Position numbers and translations under genes: made by a program
Shown: positions 28,529 to 38,666 of the stretch, piece after piece
Layout of the letters: each line of letters opens with the position of its first letter
Position numbering within the stretch: position 1 is the stretch's first letter
Origin: Candidatus Cloacimonadales bacterium
GTDB lineage: Bacteria > Cloacimonadota > Cloacimonadia > Cloacimonadales > JAIOQZ01
Direction of reading: 5' to 3'
DNA length: 64,000 nucleotides
NCBI GenBank assembly: GCA_963665815.1
Contig: OY762463.1
Span: forward strand, 2,176,001 to 2,240,000
Notes under the pieces: generated by a model
What the model saw: only the letters and a program-made list of their open reading frames with translations
Database searches by the model: none
What the model was told of the DNA's origin: nothing

Positions 28529-29251
28529 ATGAAATACAAAGCCCTGCTGGTTGACGACGAACAAATTGCTGTTGAGATTCTCAAAAGACATCTCAGTGAG
28601 TTCCCTGATAAAGTCGAAGTAATCGGTTCTGCCAATAATGGTATCCGGGCAATAGAGCTGATTGATACACTTAAGCCGGACCTGGTGTTTCTGGATATTA
28701 AAATGCCGGGATTAACCGGGTTTGATGTTGTCAGCAGAATTAAACATCAACCGATGATAGTTTTCACAACAGCATACGACGAGTTTGCTTTGAAATCCTT
28801 CGAAACAAACACAATTGACTATCTCTTGAAACCAATATCAAAAGAAAAAATAGCTCAGGTTTTTGAGAAACTGGAGAACTTCAGCAAGAAAACAGATTTC
28901 AATTCAATAGTTAAACTGGTTGAAAAGATCAGCAAATCATCACGACTACCCATAGAATACAACAACCGTATCATTTTTATGGACTATAAGGATATCTATT
29001 TCTTCAAATCGGATAACAAATATACATCCGTTAATCTCAAAAATAAAAGCTACCTGATAGATAAAAGTCTTATATCCCTCGAAGAAATTCTGGATGATGA
29101 TTTCATTCGAATCCATAGATCGTGTCTTGTTAACAGAAACCATATTTCCGAAGTTATCAAATTAAGCTCCAGAAAATGGGTTGTTAAGCTCCGTGATAAG
29201 GATCAGACAGAACTTCCGGTCAGCAGAGACTCGCATGAGCTGTTGTTTTGA
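28529..29251 (+). CDS. LytTR-family response regulator
   Basis: REC (VDDE, FLDIKMP, FTTAYD, KP) + FIRIHRSCLVN LytTR. Confidence 0.95.
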   Translation: MKYKALLVDDEQIAVEILKRHLSEFPDKVEVIGSANNGIRAIELIDTLKPDLVFLDIKMPGLTGFDVVSRIKHQPMIVFTTAYDEFALKSFETNTIDYLLKPISKEKIAQVFEKLENFSKKTDFNSIVKLVEKISKSSRLPIEYNNRIIFMDYKDIYFFKSDNKYTSVNLKNKSYLIDKSLISLEEILDDDFIRIHRSCLVNRNHISEVIKLSSRKWVVKLRDKDQTELPVSRDSHELLF

Positions 29252-29256
29252 GATTG

Positions 29257-30336
29257 CTATTTATCGAGTTCGATAAGATTATATTTACTGTTGCCTAATC
29301 CTATTTCTTCCCCGTAAATAATCTGCCTTTTACCACTGACATAATTAACTTTCCGGAATGTGTCATCGCTTCCATATGCTTTATCAACCAGATCATGACT
29401 TGCGTTTTCCAGAGCAATAATGTCTTTGGAAGCAAGAATACCAATATCATCCATGAACGGCTCCGGAGCTCTTGATGAGCAATCACAGCTTTTTGATATG
29501 TTAGCCAATACATTTATATAAACAATGTTGTAATTATCATCGATACCTTTAGCATATTCGGAAAGTCTTTCCAGAAACACACTTTTCTCCGTGCTTCCCC
29601 ATGGAACACTTAGTGCTCGCTCCGGACATACTCCAATACACTTTCCACAACCAATACATTTATCTTTATCAATAAGAAGAGGACTCAATGTTATTGCATC
29701 AACAGGGCATTCTTTAGTACATAGTCCACAGGAAATACAATTTTTCGGTCTGGTATTGGGAATTGTAGAAGCATGTAGCGCCATCTTCCCGGGTACACCG
29801 GTAAGCCCCATACTTACATTTTTGATTGCTCCGCCAAATCCGGCTGAACCGTGTCCTTTGAAATGAGAATATATAATGAAACTGTCATAATCGTCCATAC
29901 CCTTTCCAACATAGACTTTATCAAAATGTTTTCCTTTGAAGGGAATCTCTTTTTCTCCATCGGAGTCCAATATATCAAGAGGAGCATAACCGAATCCATG
30001 ATCCTTTGCCAGTTGAAGATGCGACTCAGTAAATCTGCGTTTCCCTCGATAAAGCACATTCGTTTCTACGAAAGTAGCGTTCAACTCTTTCTGGATTTTT
30101 CGCAACAGTTCAGGATTTAGATAATTCTTGTTTCCGTCTTCACCAAAGTGTACTTTAATGGCTATTTTACCGTCGACACCGGAACGAATTCTTTCAAAGA
30201 CTTTCATAACTCCATCTGCAGAAATGTCTTTAGTAAAATACACATCTGAAGCTGTTTTAGAATTATCAGATACAGTTCCTGCATAAATCGCAAAAGCTGA
30301 CAGTATCAGAATTAGATAAGTAATATATTTTTTCAT
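29257..30336 (-). CDS. DUF362 Fe-S protein with 2x[4Fe-4S] ferredoxin domain
   Basis: IKVHFGE, SHFKGH..GFGGAIKN, CISCGLC..CP and CIGCGKC..CP. Confidence 0.9.
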   Translation of the reverse strand: MKKYITYLILILSAFAIYAGTVSDNSKTASDVYFTKDISADGVMKVFERIRSGVDGKIAIKVHFGEDGNKNYLNPELLRKIQKELNATFVETNVLYRGKRRFTESHLQLAKDHGFGYAPLDILDSDGEKEIPFKGKHFDKVYVGKGMDDYDSFIIYSHFKGHGSAGFGGAIKNVSMGLTGVPGKMALHASTIPNTRPKNCISCGLCTKECPVDAITLSPLLIDKDKCIGCGKCIGVCPERALSVPWGSTEKSVFLERLSEYAKGIDDNYNIVYINVLANISKSCDCSSRAPEPFMDDIGILASKDIIALENASHDLVDKAYGSDDTFRKVNYVSGKRQIIYGEEIGLGNSKYNLIELDK

Positions 30337-30514
30337 TGCAAACCTCACATGTTATAGATTTGTTTTGAAATATGTATTTTTCTATGGAGTTGTCAATAAA
30401 TTCTGTTTACACAGCATCCCCTAATTTTCCCTAATATGTAAAATTAACTAATTTCATTTACATACAAATCAAGACTCGACTTTACAAACATCAACAAGAA
30501 TATAAGTATTGTTT

Positions 30515-30546
30515 CTTCATTTTCTTTGGTGACAAAGAAAACGAAG
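30515..30546. repeat. Extragenic palindrome
   Basis: CTTC-A-TTTTCTTTG-GTGA-CAAAGAAAA-C-GAAG. Confidence 0.5.
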
Positions 30547-30737
30547 CAAAATGTTAGATCTTATTGCAAAGCAAATTCATTGAGCCTTGTTTTCATTTGA
30601 AATGATGATTGAAGACCCTTGTTGATAACAATTTAAACGTATTGTGTATTTTGCTTTAGGGGGAAATGTATAAATCGGCTCAACTTATTTCTTGCCAAAA
30701 CGATTAAGTATATCCATAAAAGAGTTAAGGAAAGATT

Positions 30738-31370
30738 ATGAAGAAAGCAATATTTGTAGTAATAATTGCTGCGATAACATTTACAATATATTTCTGTAAG
30801 CATGAAGAAGTTATACTGACAGGTCCCGGTGTATACGCTCCTAAAGATCCTGTACAGGGAGTAAACGAAAACCTTCAGCCTTTTAAGCATGGAGAATTCA
30901 CTATTACTCCGGTTGCATCATATAAAATCAGAGCTAAGGTATTATCACGAAAAAGATATAAAGCCGGTAAAGGTGGAAAACTTTCACCTGTTGATTTCGC
31001 ACTTGGCTGGGGAAGAATGTCCGATGAATCTGTTGTGGAAAACATCAAAATTAGACAATATCGTCGCTGGTATTACTGGAATGCAAAAGCATTGCCTATA
31101 CCACAAAAAGAAATTCAGACACACAGTTCGAACCATCACATATTACCGGCAAATGACGCAGTCAGGAAAAAAGCTTTGCAGGTGAAAAAAGGCGAGATTG
31201 TCGAGATGTCCGGTTATCTCGTTAAGGTTAATGCTGATGACGGCTGGCACTGGTACAGTTCAACATCAAGAGAAGATACAGGTGATGGTGCCTGTGAAGT
31301 CTTCTGGGTAGAATCGTTGGAAGTACCTGGCTTAATCAATCCTGAGTTTCTGCATCTGCTTGATAAATAA
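30738..31370 (+). CDS. Hypothetical exported/membrane-anchored protein
   Basis: N-terminal hydrophobic segment; LSPVDFALGWG, SSNHHILPA, SREDTGDGACE. Confidence 0.75.
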   Translation: MKKAIFVVIIAAITFTIYFCKHEEVILTGPGVYAPKDPVQGVNENLQPFKHGEFTITPVASYKIRAKVLSRKRYKAGKGGKLSPVDFALGWGRMSDESVVENIKIRQYRRWYYWNAKALPIPQKEIQTHSSNHHILPANDAVRKKALQVKKGEIVEMSGYLVKVNADDGWHWYSSTSREDTGDGACEVFWVESLEVPGLINPEFLHLLDK

Positions 31371-31508
31371 CGTACTCACGCCATAAGTTTGACCCAATAA
31401 TATATACCACGGGATAGAAGGTTCTGACTGACGCGTAGAGACAAGCGGACGGTTGACTCATGTATTAACATCCATGGAACGAACATACAAAATTACAATC
31501 ACATTGTA

Positions 31509-31578
31509 GGTCACACCTGACGGAGCTAATTTCAGCATTAGGTGTTTAATCTACAGACGGTTCCGCTCCTATGGAGCT
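31509..31578. repeat. Degenerate REP-like doublet
   Basis: CACCTGACGGAGCT and GCTCC-TAT-GGAGCT copies. Confidence 0.45.
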
Positions 31579-31769
31579 TAAGAGTAAAACAAATATCTCT
31601 CAATTGCTTCAGAATCATCATTTCTTAAATCATTGGTAAATCAAATGGACTTTCCATTTGTCTACATTTCAATGTTTTGACTCCTCCTTAGCAAATTTTC
31701 CGGATTATTCATTTACAAATCCATATAACATATAATTTACGTATTGAATGAATTGATTAAGGATGTACT

Positions 31770-32744
31770 ATGAAAGATAAAAACTTTTATATTGGACTTC
31801 TGATATGCGTTGCTGTTGCAATACTGGGAAAAATAACATCTCAATACGGACCGGCACTCGGTTCTGTAACTTATTGTCTTATCATTGGGGTTATTGTCTC
31901 CAATATTCTGCATAACAAATTATCATCGTTCTCATCATCTTTCAAATTCTCCGAGAAAAAGATACTGCCTTTTGCAATTGCTTTGCTTGGACTGAATATA
32001 AATTACGCTACTCTTAAGACAATTGGTCTTCAAGGAGGGGTAGCAGTTGTCACAACTATTACTGCCTCAATCCTATTTTCTCTGCTTATTGCCAGATTTC
32101 TGAAAGCAGATAAAGAATTAGCGCTGCTTATAGGTATTGGAAACGGTATCTGCGGATCTTCCGCAATTGCCGCCAGCTCTGAAGTCATTAAAGCAGATAG
32201 AGTTAAGACAGCTGTCTCCATATCTGTAATAAATCTGCTGGGCGTTGTAGGCTTAGTACTTTATCCAATTGTGACCAGACTTGTGGGTATAAATGAAAAC
32301 TCAGCCGGAATCATGTGCGGTGCCACCCTTCAGGCTGTAGGGCAAGCTACGGCTGCAGGCTTCGCAATCGGAACAGAAGCAGGTAAAGCAGCAGTTCTGG
32401 TGAAAATGGCAAGAGTACTAATGCTTGGTCCGGTATTACTGCTGCTCAGCATAAAAAGCTCTTCAGGTAAATTCTCCTTGAAGAAAAGTGTTCCACTGTT
32501 TATCGTAGTGTTTTTCCTGTTATCATTGATTTCGAATATTTTTGAGATTAATCCTGCAATACTCAAGACTGTAAAACATATTCAGAAGTATTCTCTATTG
32601 ATTGCCATGAGTGCAGTCGGCTTGAACATTAAGCTCAGGGATATCTATTCAGTTGGAGTAAGAGGGCTGGTGAACGGGGCTTCAAGCTGGATTCTACAGA
32701 TTGGAGTTGTTGCTCTTGTTCTGATGATTTTTAATTTAGTATGA
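31770..32744 (+). CDS. YeiH/putative sulfate exporter family membrane protein
   Basis: GNGICGSSAIAA, VKMARVLML, AMSAVGL. Confidence 0.9.
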   Translation: MKDKNFYIGLLICVAVAILGKITSQYGPALGSVTYCLIIGVIVSNILHNKLSSFSSSFKFSEKKILPFAIALLGLNINYATLKTIGLQGGVAVVTTITASILFSLLIARFLKADKELALLIGIGNGICGSSAIAASSEVIKADRVKTAVSISVINLLGVVGLVLYPIVTRLVGINENSAGIMCGATLQAVGQATAAGFAIGTEAGKAAVLVKMARVLMLGPVLLLLSIKSSSGKFSLKKSVPLFIVVFFLLSLISNIFEINPAILKTVKHIQKYSLLIAMSAVGLNIKLRDIYSVGVRGLVNGASSWILQIGVVALVLMIFNLV

Positions 32745-32783
32745 AATAAAAAGCCCTGCAGAATTCTGCAAGGCTCATAAAAT
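32745..32783. terminator. Terminator between convergent YeiH and RDD genes
   Basis: AAAAAGCCCTGCAGAATTCTGCAAGGCT imperfect hairpin. Confidence 0.6.
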
Positions 32784-32784
32784 T

Positions 32785-34566
32785 CTAATTGTACAAACTC
32801 ACTTTCTCATGGAAATGTATATCCGTTCCCATATCTTCTAGATTGTATTCCAATTCTTTTAACTCACTATTCCAGTGGATCGGGTTTCCGGTAAACGGAT
32901 TCTTTATAGCAGAATCATTGAGATATTCCTGAATCTTATCTTCCTTAATCTTGTTCTTAAGGATATCTGCTTTCACTTTAAGCAAGTCTACAAAACCAGC
33001 AAGAGTCTGAAGTCTGGCAGCATAACTATCAAGCATATATCCCTGTGTAATCAGTTCTGCATTGAGAAATAAATATCTGACCTTATCTTTGTAAGATATA
33101 TTAATTTCAGGATGCTCTTCCCTTATCATTTCATAAAATCGTTTTTCATCCACCACTGATAATTCCTCAATTCTTTTGTAGAAATCATTCTTCAGATTGA
33201 TAAGAAAGTTCTCTTTTTGGAATATTGCGGAAAGAGACAGTAGAGTAAGTTTAAGAACTCCAGTTCTACCAGATATATAGGACAAGAAACTATAACGCTG
33301 AGTAAAAAATCTGGCTTCAAATTTCAGGGCTTTTTCCATTGATTTTTCTTTTGCAGTAAATTCAGGGATTGCCTGAACAGCGTCATAAAGTTCGTTTGTC
33401 ATTTTATAAGAAGCCATATCGGAATAAGTTGACAATACCATTGTGCTGCAAATCTGATAAATAAGTTTTCCCCTCATCCATGGAGTATTTTCCAGCATAT
33501 ACCTTACATCTTTATCACTTTTCTGTAAAATATCAACTGCTTTATCATAGTTACCATTGACATACTCAAGTCTGGCAACAGCCATCTTAAGTCTGTAATA
33601 ACTCACGAAATTCATTCTCTGAGGAAATAGTAAATTAGACTCTTTTACAATAGTAGGTTCAAATATTTTCTTAGAAACAATTGCATTAATCTGAGCATCC
33701 ATGAAAGCATACTTACTCTCCAGTTCTCTGATTCTTTTTTCATTTTGCTTGAGCGTCTTGAATTGATCTTCATCCCCGGATTTTATAATACCAATTTCTT
33801 CAGCTTCTTCAAGATCAAACATTGGAATCTCAGGTTTTACAGGCGGCGGTTTCATTTCGAAATTCCTCATACTTTCCATAGCATTTCTGTTGACAACGTC
33901 CACAAATTCTCTGCCTTCCATAAATTGGTCAGCCTCCGGATCTGCAGTAAAGCCAAAGCTATAATAAAAACCGTTTTCTTCCGGGTTTTTCTCATGGTAA
34001 TCGGAGACAAGCATAGATTTGGTATAGTCTGTCATTGGTTCATCGAAGAATAGCAAATATACATGGTATATCACAAATACAGCAATCAGCAATGACAGAA
34101 TATTGATTACTGCATTGAATGGTGTAGGTTTCTGCACAGCAGTTTCAGGATCATGCTCATAGTTTCTATATGTTACAATTGTACTTGCCATACAGTCATG
34201 GAGAGTCATTCTGTTCTTGCGGAATAGAGATGAGAAGAACCCTATAAACAAACTAAACCAGGACAAGACAAATCCAAAGCATCTTGCCAGAATCCTCAGA
34301 GAAGAAGCAGGTTCACCTGTCTTTGCATTTCGAATTACAAAACCGAATATCTTATATGCAGGAGATCCTTTAAACAAAACATTAAACATAAAGAAAAACA
34401 CTACAATTCCCCAGAATGAAGCAGTAACTGCAGCGGGAGCTTCGAATACAGGTAACCTTGTAATATATGCAAAGTAAATAATTAAGTACATTATTGCTGC
34501 AAATGCAATATCAAGTTCAAAAGCATTTAGTCTGGTTTTAAAACTAATATATTTTTTTGATTTCAT
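32785..34566 (-). CDS. RDD-domain membrane protein with large extracytoplasmic domain
   Basis: TRLNAFELD, GSPAYKIFG, RMTLHDCMASTIV; AAGGAGG RBS. Confidence 0.75.
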   Translation of the reverse strand: MKSKKYISFKTRLNAFELDIAFAAIMYLIIYFAYITRLPVFEAPAAVTASFWGIVVFFFMFNVLFKGSPAYKIFGFVIRNAKTGEPASSLRILARCFGFVLSWFSLFIGFFSSLFRKNRMTLHDCMASTIVTYRNYEHDPETAVQKPTPFNAVINILSLLIAVFVIYHVYLLFFDEPMTDYTKSMLVSDYHEKNPEENGFYYSFGFTADPEADQFMEGREFVDVVNRNAMESMRNFEMKPPPVKPEIPMFDLEEAEEIGIIKSGDEDQFKTLKQNEKRIRELESKYAFMDAQINAIVSKKIFEPTIVKESNLLFPQRMNFVSYYRLKMAVARLEYVNGNYDKAVDILQKSDKDVRYMLENTPWMRGKLIYQICSTMVLSTYSDMASYKMTNELYDAVQAIPEFTAKEKSMEKALKFEARFFTQRYSFLSYISGRTGVLKLTLLSLSAIFQKENFLINLKNDFYKRIEELSVVDEKRFYEMIREEHPEINISYKDKVRYLFLNAELITQGYMLDSYAARLQTLAGFVDLLKVKADILKNKIKEDKIQEYLNDSAIKNPFTGNPIHWNSELKELEYNLEDMGTDIHFHEKVSLYN

Positions 34567-34687
34567 TGAGCCTCCTTGTTTCTTCCATGACAGAATACAA
34601 TAGGTTATCAACTAATGTCAATACAAAAAAATCCAGTCATAACTAAAAGTTATAGACATTTTTTCCAGAATAATATTTTTTCATCAC

Positions 34688-35353
34688 ATGAATGTAAAAT
34701 CAATAAAGAAAATTGCAGTTACAGTTTCTATATCTATCGTTTCTGTTGTTATACTCTGCGCAGTTCTGATTATCTTATCTAACAGGGCTGTCAGGAAAGC
34801 GGCTGAGAACAAAGTTATGCAGAACGCTGGGGAACTACCCCACAAAACCGCAGCCTTAGTTCTTGGATGCACTCCGGAATACGGCAATCCTTATTTTATT
34901 CACAGGATTAAAGCTGCCAAGGATCTATATAACTCAGGGAAATGTGATTACTTGATAGTAAGCGGAGATAACAGTCGTAAAGAATATGATGAGCCAACTG
35001 CCATGAAAAATGCTCTGATTAGAGCCGGTATACCTGATTCTGCAATTTACAGAGACTATGCCGGTTTCAGAACACTCGACTCTATCGTAAGAGCTGATGC
35101 TATATTTTCTCAGGATGACATTATTATTGTCTCCCAGAGGTTTCATCTTGAAAGGGCTTTATTTATTGCGAAAACAAATAGTATTGAAGCAATTGGCTAT
35201 CCGGCTGAAGATGTATATTATGAAATTAACAAATACGTGTTTTTTCGTGAAAAACTGGCAAGAGTGAAAGCTGTCCTGGATGTTATGCTTGGTAAGAAAC
35301 CTAAATTCTTTGGTGAAAAGGTCATTCTGGGCACAGGAGATATTGAACCGTAA
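34688..35353 (+). CDS. sanA: SanA/YdcF (DUF218) family protein
   Basis: VSGDN..YDEP, DYAGFRTLDSIVRA, SQRFHLERA, REKLARVKA. Confidence 0.88.
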   Translation: MNVKSIKKIAVTVSISIVSVVILCAVLIILSNRAVRKAAENKVMQNAGELPHKTAALVLGCTPEYGNPYFIHRIKAAKDLYNSGKCDYLIVSGDNSRKEYDEPTAMKNALIRAGIPDSAIYRDYAGFRTLDSIVRADAIFSQDDIIIVSQRFHLERALFIAKTNSIEAIGYPAEDVYYEINKYVFFREKLARVKAVLDVMLGKKPKFFGEKVILGTGDIEP

Positions 35354-35422
35354 AGCAATATTACTTACTATAATATTTGACTAATAATTAATGTATAGAG
35401 AAATGGGTATAAAGGAGTATAT

Positions 35423-36001
35423 ATGAAAGGTATCAGAAATGTTTTTATTATCATTATCATGTTATCAATGTGTTTCAATATAATGGCAAGTGAAAAATCT
35501 CACATTAAAAATGCTAAAAAATTGATTGAAATGACATATCAAGGTGACTTTGGGAACAGTATGATTAAGCTATTTAAAGCTCAGCTTGATGAGCAGATGA
35601 GGCAACTGCGAACCATGTATAGTGATCAAAAAGCGTTTGACAAAGCATACAACAACTACATTGAGAAATGTGTTAAACAAATTAAAGAGGCTATATCACT
35701 TGACAACATCATTGATGAAATGGCAGAAATTTATGTTGCTGAATTCACAGAGAAGGAAATCAAAGATTTCATGAAGTTTTACAAATCAAAATCAGGTAAG
35801 AAATTTATCAAAACTATGCCAATCGTTACAGACAAGGCTATGACCATTGGTATGAAACAAGTGGAACCAATCCAGCCACAAATAATGAAGTATGCTGAGG
35901 AATTCCAGAATGATTTGCTGGTAATTCTTTCTCAACAAGTTGAAGAAATTGAGAAGGATTCAGAGGAGACTAATAAAGCGAATGAGAAAACAATAGAATA
36001 A
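35423..36001 (+). CDS. DUF2059-like exported protein
   Basis: Signal peptide; YVAEFTEKEIKDFMKFYKSKSGKKF. Confidence 0.8.
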   Translation: MKGIRNVFIIIIMLSMCFNIMASEKSHIKNAKKLIEMTYQGDFGNSMIKLFKAQLDEQMRQLRTMYSDQKAFDKAYNNYIEKCVKQIKEAISLDNIIDEMAEIYVAEFTEKEIKDFMKFYKSKSGKKFIKTMPIVTDKAMTIGMKQVEPIQPQIMKYAEEFQNDLLVILSQQVEEIEKDSEETNKANEKTIE

Positions 36002-36012
36002 TTTTCTTACAT

Positions 36013-36423
36013 TCAGCATAGATTCAGATCAACTATCTCTTGAGGGATTCGCATTGGACGATTCCTCTCAGGGTTAATAAGACACCATCTCGTTAAAGAC
36101 TTTACAAGCAGTTTGCCTGATCCTGCATTCCTAATCTCAACCGCCCTGTTGGATACAGATCCCTCAAAACTTTCCACAAATGTTTCTATGGTTAATATAT
36201 CACCCTCTACTGCCGGCTTTTTATATTCCACAAAATGACTGAGAACAAACCAGACATATCCCTTGTTATCGAGGAAATCTTCACAGTGAAGCCAGTGTTC
36301 TTCCGATATATCCTGTATCCACTGGACATACTTCACATTGTTTACATGATTATTGATATCCAGATCTTCTTGTGTTACTTGATATTCTTTGCAGTATCTT
36401 TTGATTAATTCATTATTACTCAT
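36013..36423 (-). CDS. Acyl-CoA thioesterase (hotdog fold)
   Basis: DLDINNHVNNVKYVQW, YKKPA, RPMRIP; start overlaps the stop of the upstream gene. Confidence 0.88.
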   Translation of the reverse strand: MSNNELIKRYCKEYQVTQEDLDINNHVNNVKYVQWIQDISEEHWLHCEDFLDNKGYVWFVLSHFVEYKKPAVEGDILTIETFVESFEGSVSNRAVEIRNAGSGKLLVKSLTRWCLINPERNRPMRIPQEIVDLNLC

Positions 36424-37882
36424 TAAAATTTCCATTCTTTTCAGATTCATTAAGAACATATACCGTTCCACGTCCGGCTCCATTTCTTAACAAGAATCCT
36501 TTGGCAACAAGCTCTTTGAGAATTTCCTTTGCTTTAGTATCTTTCAAATTGAAGAGTTCCTTGAAGCTCCTTTTAGTGAGTGATTCTTGTTTTTTGAAGT
36601 ATTCTGCTAGAATTCTTTCAATGTCTAATCGGTCGGAATCGGTCGGAATCGGTTGTAATCGGTCGGAATCGGTCGGAATCGGTCGGAATCGGTCGGAATC
36701 GGTCGGAAAGTGACTGTTTCCGTTTTCTGGCTTTCTATTCGTTGCTTCGGTATCCTTCCTATAGAATCTAACCCCTACAAAACTTCCTGTTTCTTCGATC
36801 AAGGGCTCCTTTAACTTCTCCATCAAGCAAAGAGATTTCATTCTTGAAATACCACTTCCCCATTGCTCAATATACCCCAATTCTTTAAAGACTCTTGCAA
36901 TCACACGGTTCCTGATCTCAGAGCGCCCATTCAAAATTTCTTCGTTCGTTAAACCATTTGGTAAAGGACCAGGCGAGACTACTTCAATTCTATCGTCATA
37001 TACAGCAACTTTGACATCCCTTCCGTGGTTCGAATAATCTCTATGAACAATTGCATTCACTATTGCTTCGCGTATAGCTACTTCAGGGATTTCATAACGA
37101 TCATTTCTCTGTAGACCGGAAATTTCAGCATTAAGATTGATATGATTTTTGACAAAATTGACACAATCTTCCAGTTGCTGAAACAAATCTCCTGCAAGCT
37201 CCTTCTTATCAATGAAAACAGTCATGTCTTTGCCCTTGAATCTGCTGCACTTTGTAACAACATTCTCAGGTTCACCAAGTAAAACTAGAAGTCCATTTGT
37301 AGGAAGGACTTTGTTTTTTGCTAATTTAATCAGTTTTAATGATAGTAACTTTTCATCAGTTAGTGTCTTATTCATTAAGTTGAATTTCTCTTCAAGTTTA
37401 CTCAGGTTCAAATTTGAAAACTCATATTCATAATTCACTTCCTCATCAAAAGAAACATTCTTTCTTTCCCTTTCAAGCTGCTTTATCATTTCATGATCAG
37501 CTCTCCTATTAGTAGCACCAATTCTCAGAAAAACACCATTATCAATTCCATCAAACTTAATAAAATAAGGTAAATTACTGCCCTTGAAAAATTCCACAAT
37601 CATTACTACTTTGTCGTCTATAGATGTAGTATAAATCTCAGGTCTAATAATTGGATAACAAGAATCAAATATAATAGAAACTATTCTATCCTGAAGTTTA
37701 AAAATATCCTCAGATACACCAATAATTTCTTTATCTTCTCTAACTCCTATCAACAGCCTTCCACCTGCAGTATTCGAGAAAGCAACTGCTGTTTTAGCAA
37801 TGTTCAAGTTTCCGGTAACTCTCTCTTTAAATTCAATTGTTTTGCTTTCACCTTTTTGAATCAACTCTTTCAAATTTCCCAT
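36416..37882 (-). CDS. Schlafen/AlbA_2 + HATPase_c_4 + wHTH protein
   Basis: GESKTIEFKE, AFSNTAGG, REAIVNAIVHRDY, EQWGSGI, GAGRGTVY. Confidence 0.88.
   Translation of the reverse strand: MGNLKELIQKGESKTIEFKERVTGNLNIAKTAVAFSNTAGGRLLIGVREDKEIIGVSEDIFKLQDRIVSIIFDSCYPIIRPEIYTTSIDDKVVMIVEFFKGSNLPYFIKFDGIDNGVFLRIGATNRRADHEMIKQLERERKNVSFDEEVNYEYEFSNLNLSKLEEKFNLMNKTLTDEKLLSLKLIKLAKNKVLPTNGLLVLLGEPENVVTKCSRFKGKDMTVFIDKKELAGDLFQQLEDCVNFVKNHINLNAEISGLQRNDRYEIPEVAIREAIVNAIVHRDYSNHGRDVKVAVYDDRIEVVSPGPLPNGLTNEEILNGRSEIRNRVIARVFKELGYIEQWGSGISRMKSLCLMEKLKEPLIEETGSFVGVRFYRKDTEATNRKPENGNSHFPTDSDRFRPIPTDSDRLQPIPTDSDRLDIERILAEYFKKQESLTKRSFKELFNLKDTKAKEILKELVAKGFLLRNGAGRGTVYVLNESEKNGNFNE
36627..36706. repeat. 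Intragenic 10-bp tandem repeat (AATCGGTCGG x8, one degenerate)
   Basis: Read directly; unit 3 is AATCGGTTGT. Confidence 0.97.
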
Positions 37883-37997
37883 AATTCACCTTGGACTTCA
37901 TTTTTTTTACGTAGGCTTTGTATGTATTTCCACAAAAACTTAGAGCTTTATCAATGATTTTAGTCAAGCTTTATCCTGTAATCCTGTTTCACTTTCA

Positions 37998-38666
37998 TTA
38001 ATTAGCTTCACCTGTTTTCTTGAATATAACAAATGAGTAAACAACTGTAGACATTATTATTACGAATGCAGCAACTCCTGAGGTAATCATAACAATATCC
38101 GGAAGCTTTTTCATCAGACCTGTAACAAGAAATATTGCTCCGGCAATAACAAATGCTATTCCGCCAAATCTGTGAGTTCTCCTCCAGACATATTCCGAGG
38201 ATAATGTCCATGGCGTTTTTATTCCTATAAAGAAGTTTGACGGCAGCTTCGGCATTAGATTCCCAAGCATGACAAACATCACTCCTATAATGGCAAGGAT
38301 CAGATTCCTCTCTCCAAAAATCTCTGGATTTTTTGCCAGAAGTATAGAAACAATATGAATTAAAGCAAATAAAGCAGCTATTATGAATGCCACAGAAGGC
38401 AGCACTTTTTCAAATCTATCTTTTTGTTTCCTGAATCTGACAGAATAAAGAGGCATAAGATAAAGCATAAGAAACATGACTATATTGATTACCAGAAGCC
38501 CCAGAACACCAAATGTTTTTCCTGACCAGGAATCAACCTCACCTTTAAGGTTCCAGTGAGTTGGTATTTGCACGTTTTCTCCCAGAGTTAACCAGAAGTA
38601 TCCGCTGAAAGCGATATGTATAATCAGTAGCAGTATTACCCATTTATAGCTTAATAGGTTTTTCAT
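37998..38666 (-). CDS. SdpI/YhfL family immunity membrane protein (DUF1648)
   Basis: IPTHWNLKGEVD, NFFIGIKTPWTLSS..VWRRTHRFGG. Confidence 0.9.
   Translation of the reverse strand: MKNLLSYKWVILLLIIHIAFSGYFWLTLGENVQIPTHWNLKGEVDSWSGKTFGVLGLLVINIVMFLMLYLMPLYSVRFRKQKDRFEKVLPSVAFIIAALFALIHIVSILLAKNPEIFGERNLILAIIGVMFVMLGNLMPKLPSNFFIGIKTPWTLSSEYVWRRTHRFGGIAFVIAGAIFLVTGLMKKLPDIVMITSGVAAFVIIMSTVVYSFVIFKKTGEAN

Noticed and set aside
36627-36706. Possible CRISPR array
   Set aside because: Contiguous 10-bp units without spacers, inside a CDS, no cas genes
36416-37882. RecG helicase
   Set aside because: No SF2 helicase motifs; only the domain often labelled 'RecG C-terminal'
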